Under the pieces are notes generated by a model. The model was not told the origin of the DNA, made no database searches, and worked only from the letters and a program-made list of their open reading frames with translations. Source: Ranitomeya imitator (taxonomy: Eukaryota). Taken from it: a stretch of DNA of 64,000 nucleotides. Below, one piece after another: positions 62,551-64,000 of this stretch. The stretch covers positions 535,308,001 to 535,372,000 of the forward strand of contig NC_091282.1 in NCBI RefSeq assembly GCF_032444005.1, written 5' to 3'. The first letter of the stretch is position 1; the number at the start of each line of letters is the position of its first letter. A program made the position numbers and the translations under genes.

Positions 62551-63748
62551 CAGTAAACCATCTCATATCCCCTTTTTTTTGCACATTCCACACTACTAAT
62601 GTTAGTAGTGTGTATGTGCAAAATTTGGGCGCTCTAGCTATTAAATTTCAGGGTTAAGTCGCGGAAAAAATTGGCATGGGCTCCCGCGCAATTTTCTCCG
62701 CCAGAGTGGTAAAGCCACGGTTCTTGGCCCCCCCTGGCTAAAAAGATCTGCCCCCAGCCACCCCAGAAAAGGCACATCTGGAAGATGCGCCTATTCTGGC
62801 ACTTGGCCACTCTCTTCCCATTCCCGTGTAGCGGTGGGATATAGGGTAATGAAGGGTTAATGCCACCTTGCTGTTGTAAGGTGACATTAAGCCAGATTAA
62901 TAATGGAGAGGCATCAATTCTGATACCTATTCATTATCAATCCAATTCTATGAAAGGGTTAAAAAAACACATTATTAAAAAGTATTTTAATGAAATAAAC
63001 ACACAGGTTGTTTTAAAATTTTATTGCTCTCTCAATCCACCTGTTGACCCTCGTTCTGTAACAAATTAAAAATAATAAACCAACAATATACATACCTTCC
63101 GTTGATCTGTAACGTCCCACGCTGTAAATCCATCTGAAGGGGTTAAAATATTTTACAGGCAGGAGCTCTGCTAATGCAGCTGTGCTTGTGGCTGTAAAAC
63201 CCCGGGGAATGAAGGTAATGTAGGTCAATGACTTTATTTCATTAAAATACTTTTTAATAATGTGTGTGTGTTTTTTTAACCCTTTCATACAATTGGATTA
63301 ATAATGGATAGGTGTCAGAATTGACAACTCGCCATTATTAATCTGGCTTAATGTCACCTTACAATAGCAAGGTGACATTAACCCTTCATTACCACATATC
63401 CCACCCCTACATGGGAGTGGGAAGAGAGTGGCTAAGTGCCAGAATAGGCACATCTTCCAGATGTGCCTTTTCTGGGGTGACTGGGGGCAGATGTTTTTAG
63501 CCGGGGGGGGGGGGCAAAAACCGTGGACCCTCTCCAGGCTATTAATATCTGCCCTCAGTCACTGGCTTTACCACTCTGGCGGACAAAATTGCGCGGGAAC
63601 CCACGCCAATTTTTTCCGCGATTTAACCCTTAAATTGCCTTTAACCCTTAAATTTAATAGCTAGAGCGCCGAAATTTTGCACATACACACTACTAACATT
63701 ATTAGTGTGTAATATGCAAAAAAAAAGGGGATATGACATGGTTTACTG
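62551..63748. repeat. Long imperfect inverted repeat (arms ~62551-62999 and ~63233-63748) in a non-autonomous element
   Basis: Arms are reverse complements with scattered substitutions and indels; spacer about 230 bp. Confidence 0.9.
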
Positions 63749-63869
63749 TATGTAAACCATGTCTCATATCATGTCGGGTTTAGGCAGGAGAAATGAAAAG
63801 CCTGCAATTGAATTACCGGCTTTTCTGCTATATCGCGCTGCAGTAAATATATATATATATAAAAAAAAA

Positions 63870-64000
63870 TTCCCTTTGACTTGCACATTGGGTTTCGTGT
63901 TTCGGCTGATCCCCGACCCGACTTTTCAATAAGATCGGCCGATTTCACTCGACCTGACTTTTCAGAAAGTCGGGTTTCACGAAACCCGACTCGACCTGAA
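63870..64000 (+). mobile_element. Subterminal right end of an hAT element of the 12831-21681 family, cut by the window edge
   Basis: Homologous to 21540-21660 (GACTTGCA..TTGGGTTTCGTGTTTCGG...AGTCGGGTTTCACGAAACC). Confidence 0.85.

Overview
Eukaryotic, not prokaryotic, DNA: a transposon-saturated vertebrate intergenic or intronic region. The repeat repertoire (T2/Kolobok-type TTAA MITEs, piggyBac-like TTAA elements, Harbinger MITEs, hAT, Tc1, CR1, L2, a tRNA-derived SINE, solo LTRs) is typical of frogs; the taxon is an inference. There is one 154-N gap (54282-54435). I found no rRNA, tRNA gene, CRISPR array or recognisable host protein-coding gene, only a few unproven splice-site-flanked exon candidates. 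The only long intact CDS is a 1075-aa L2 LINE endonuclease/RT ORF (33832-37059). It has a 2A-like N-terminal peptide and an unusual duplicated 5' region. Other notable items: a degenerate minimal hammerhead ribozyme in a probable Penelope-like pLTR remnant (47573-47621); a TSD-flanked insertion with a perfect 165-bp inverted duplication (534-1211); an 81-bp micro-MITE in two independent copies; TTAA elements carrying telomere-like arrays; a DD38E Tc1 relic; and several multi-level nested insertions with intact TSDs. Most short ORFs in the supplied track are by-products of repeats.
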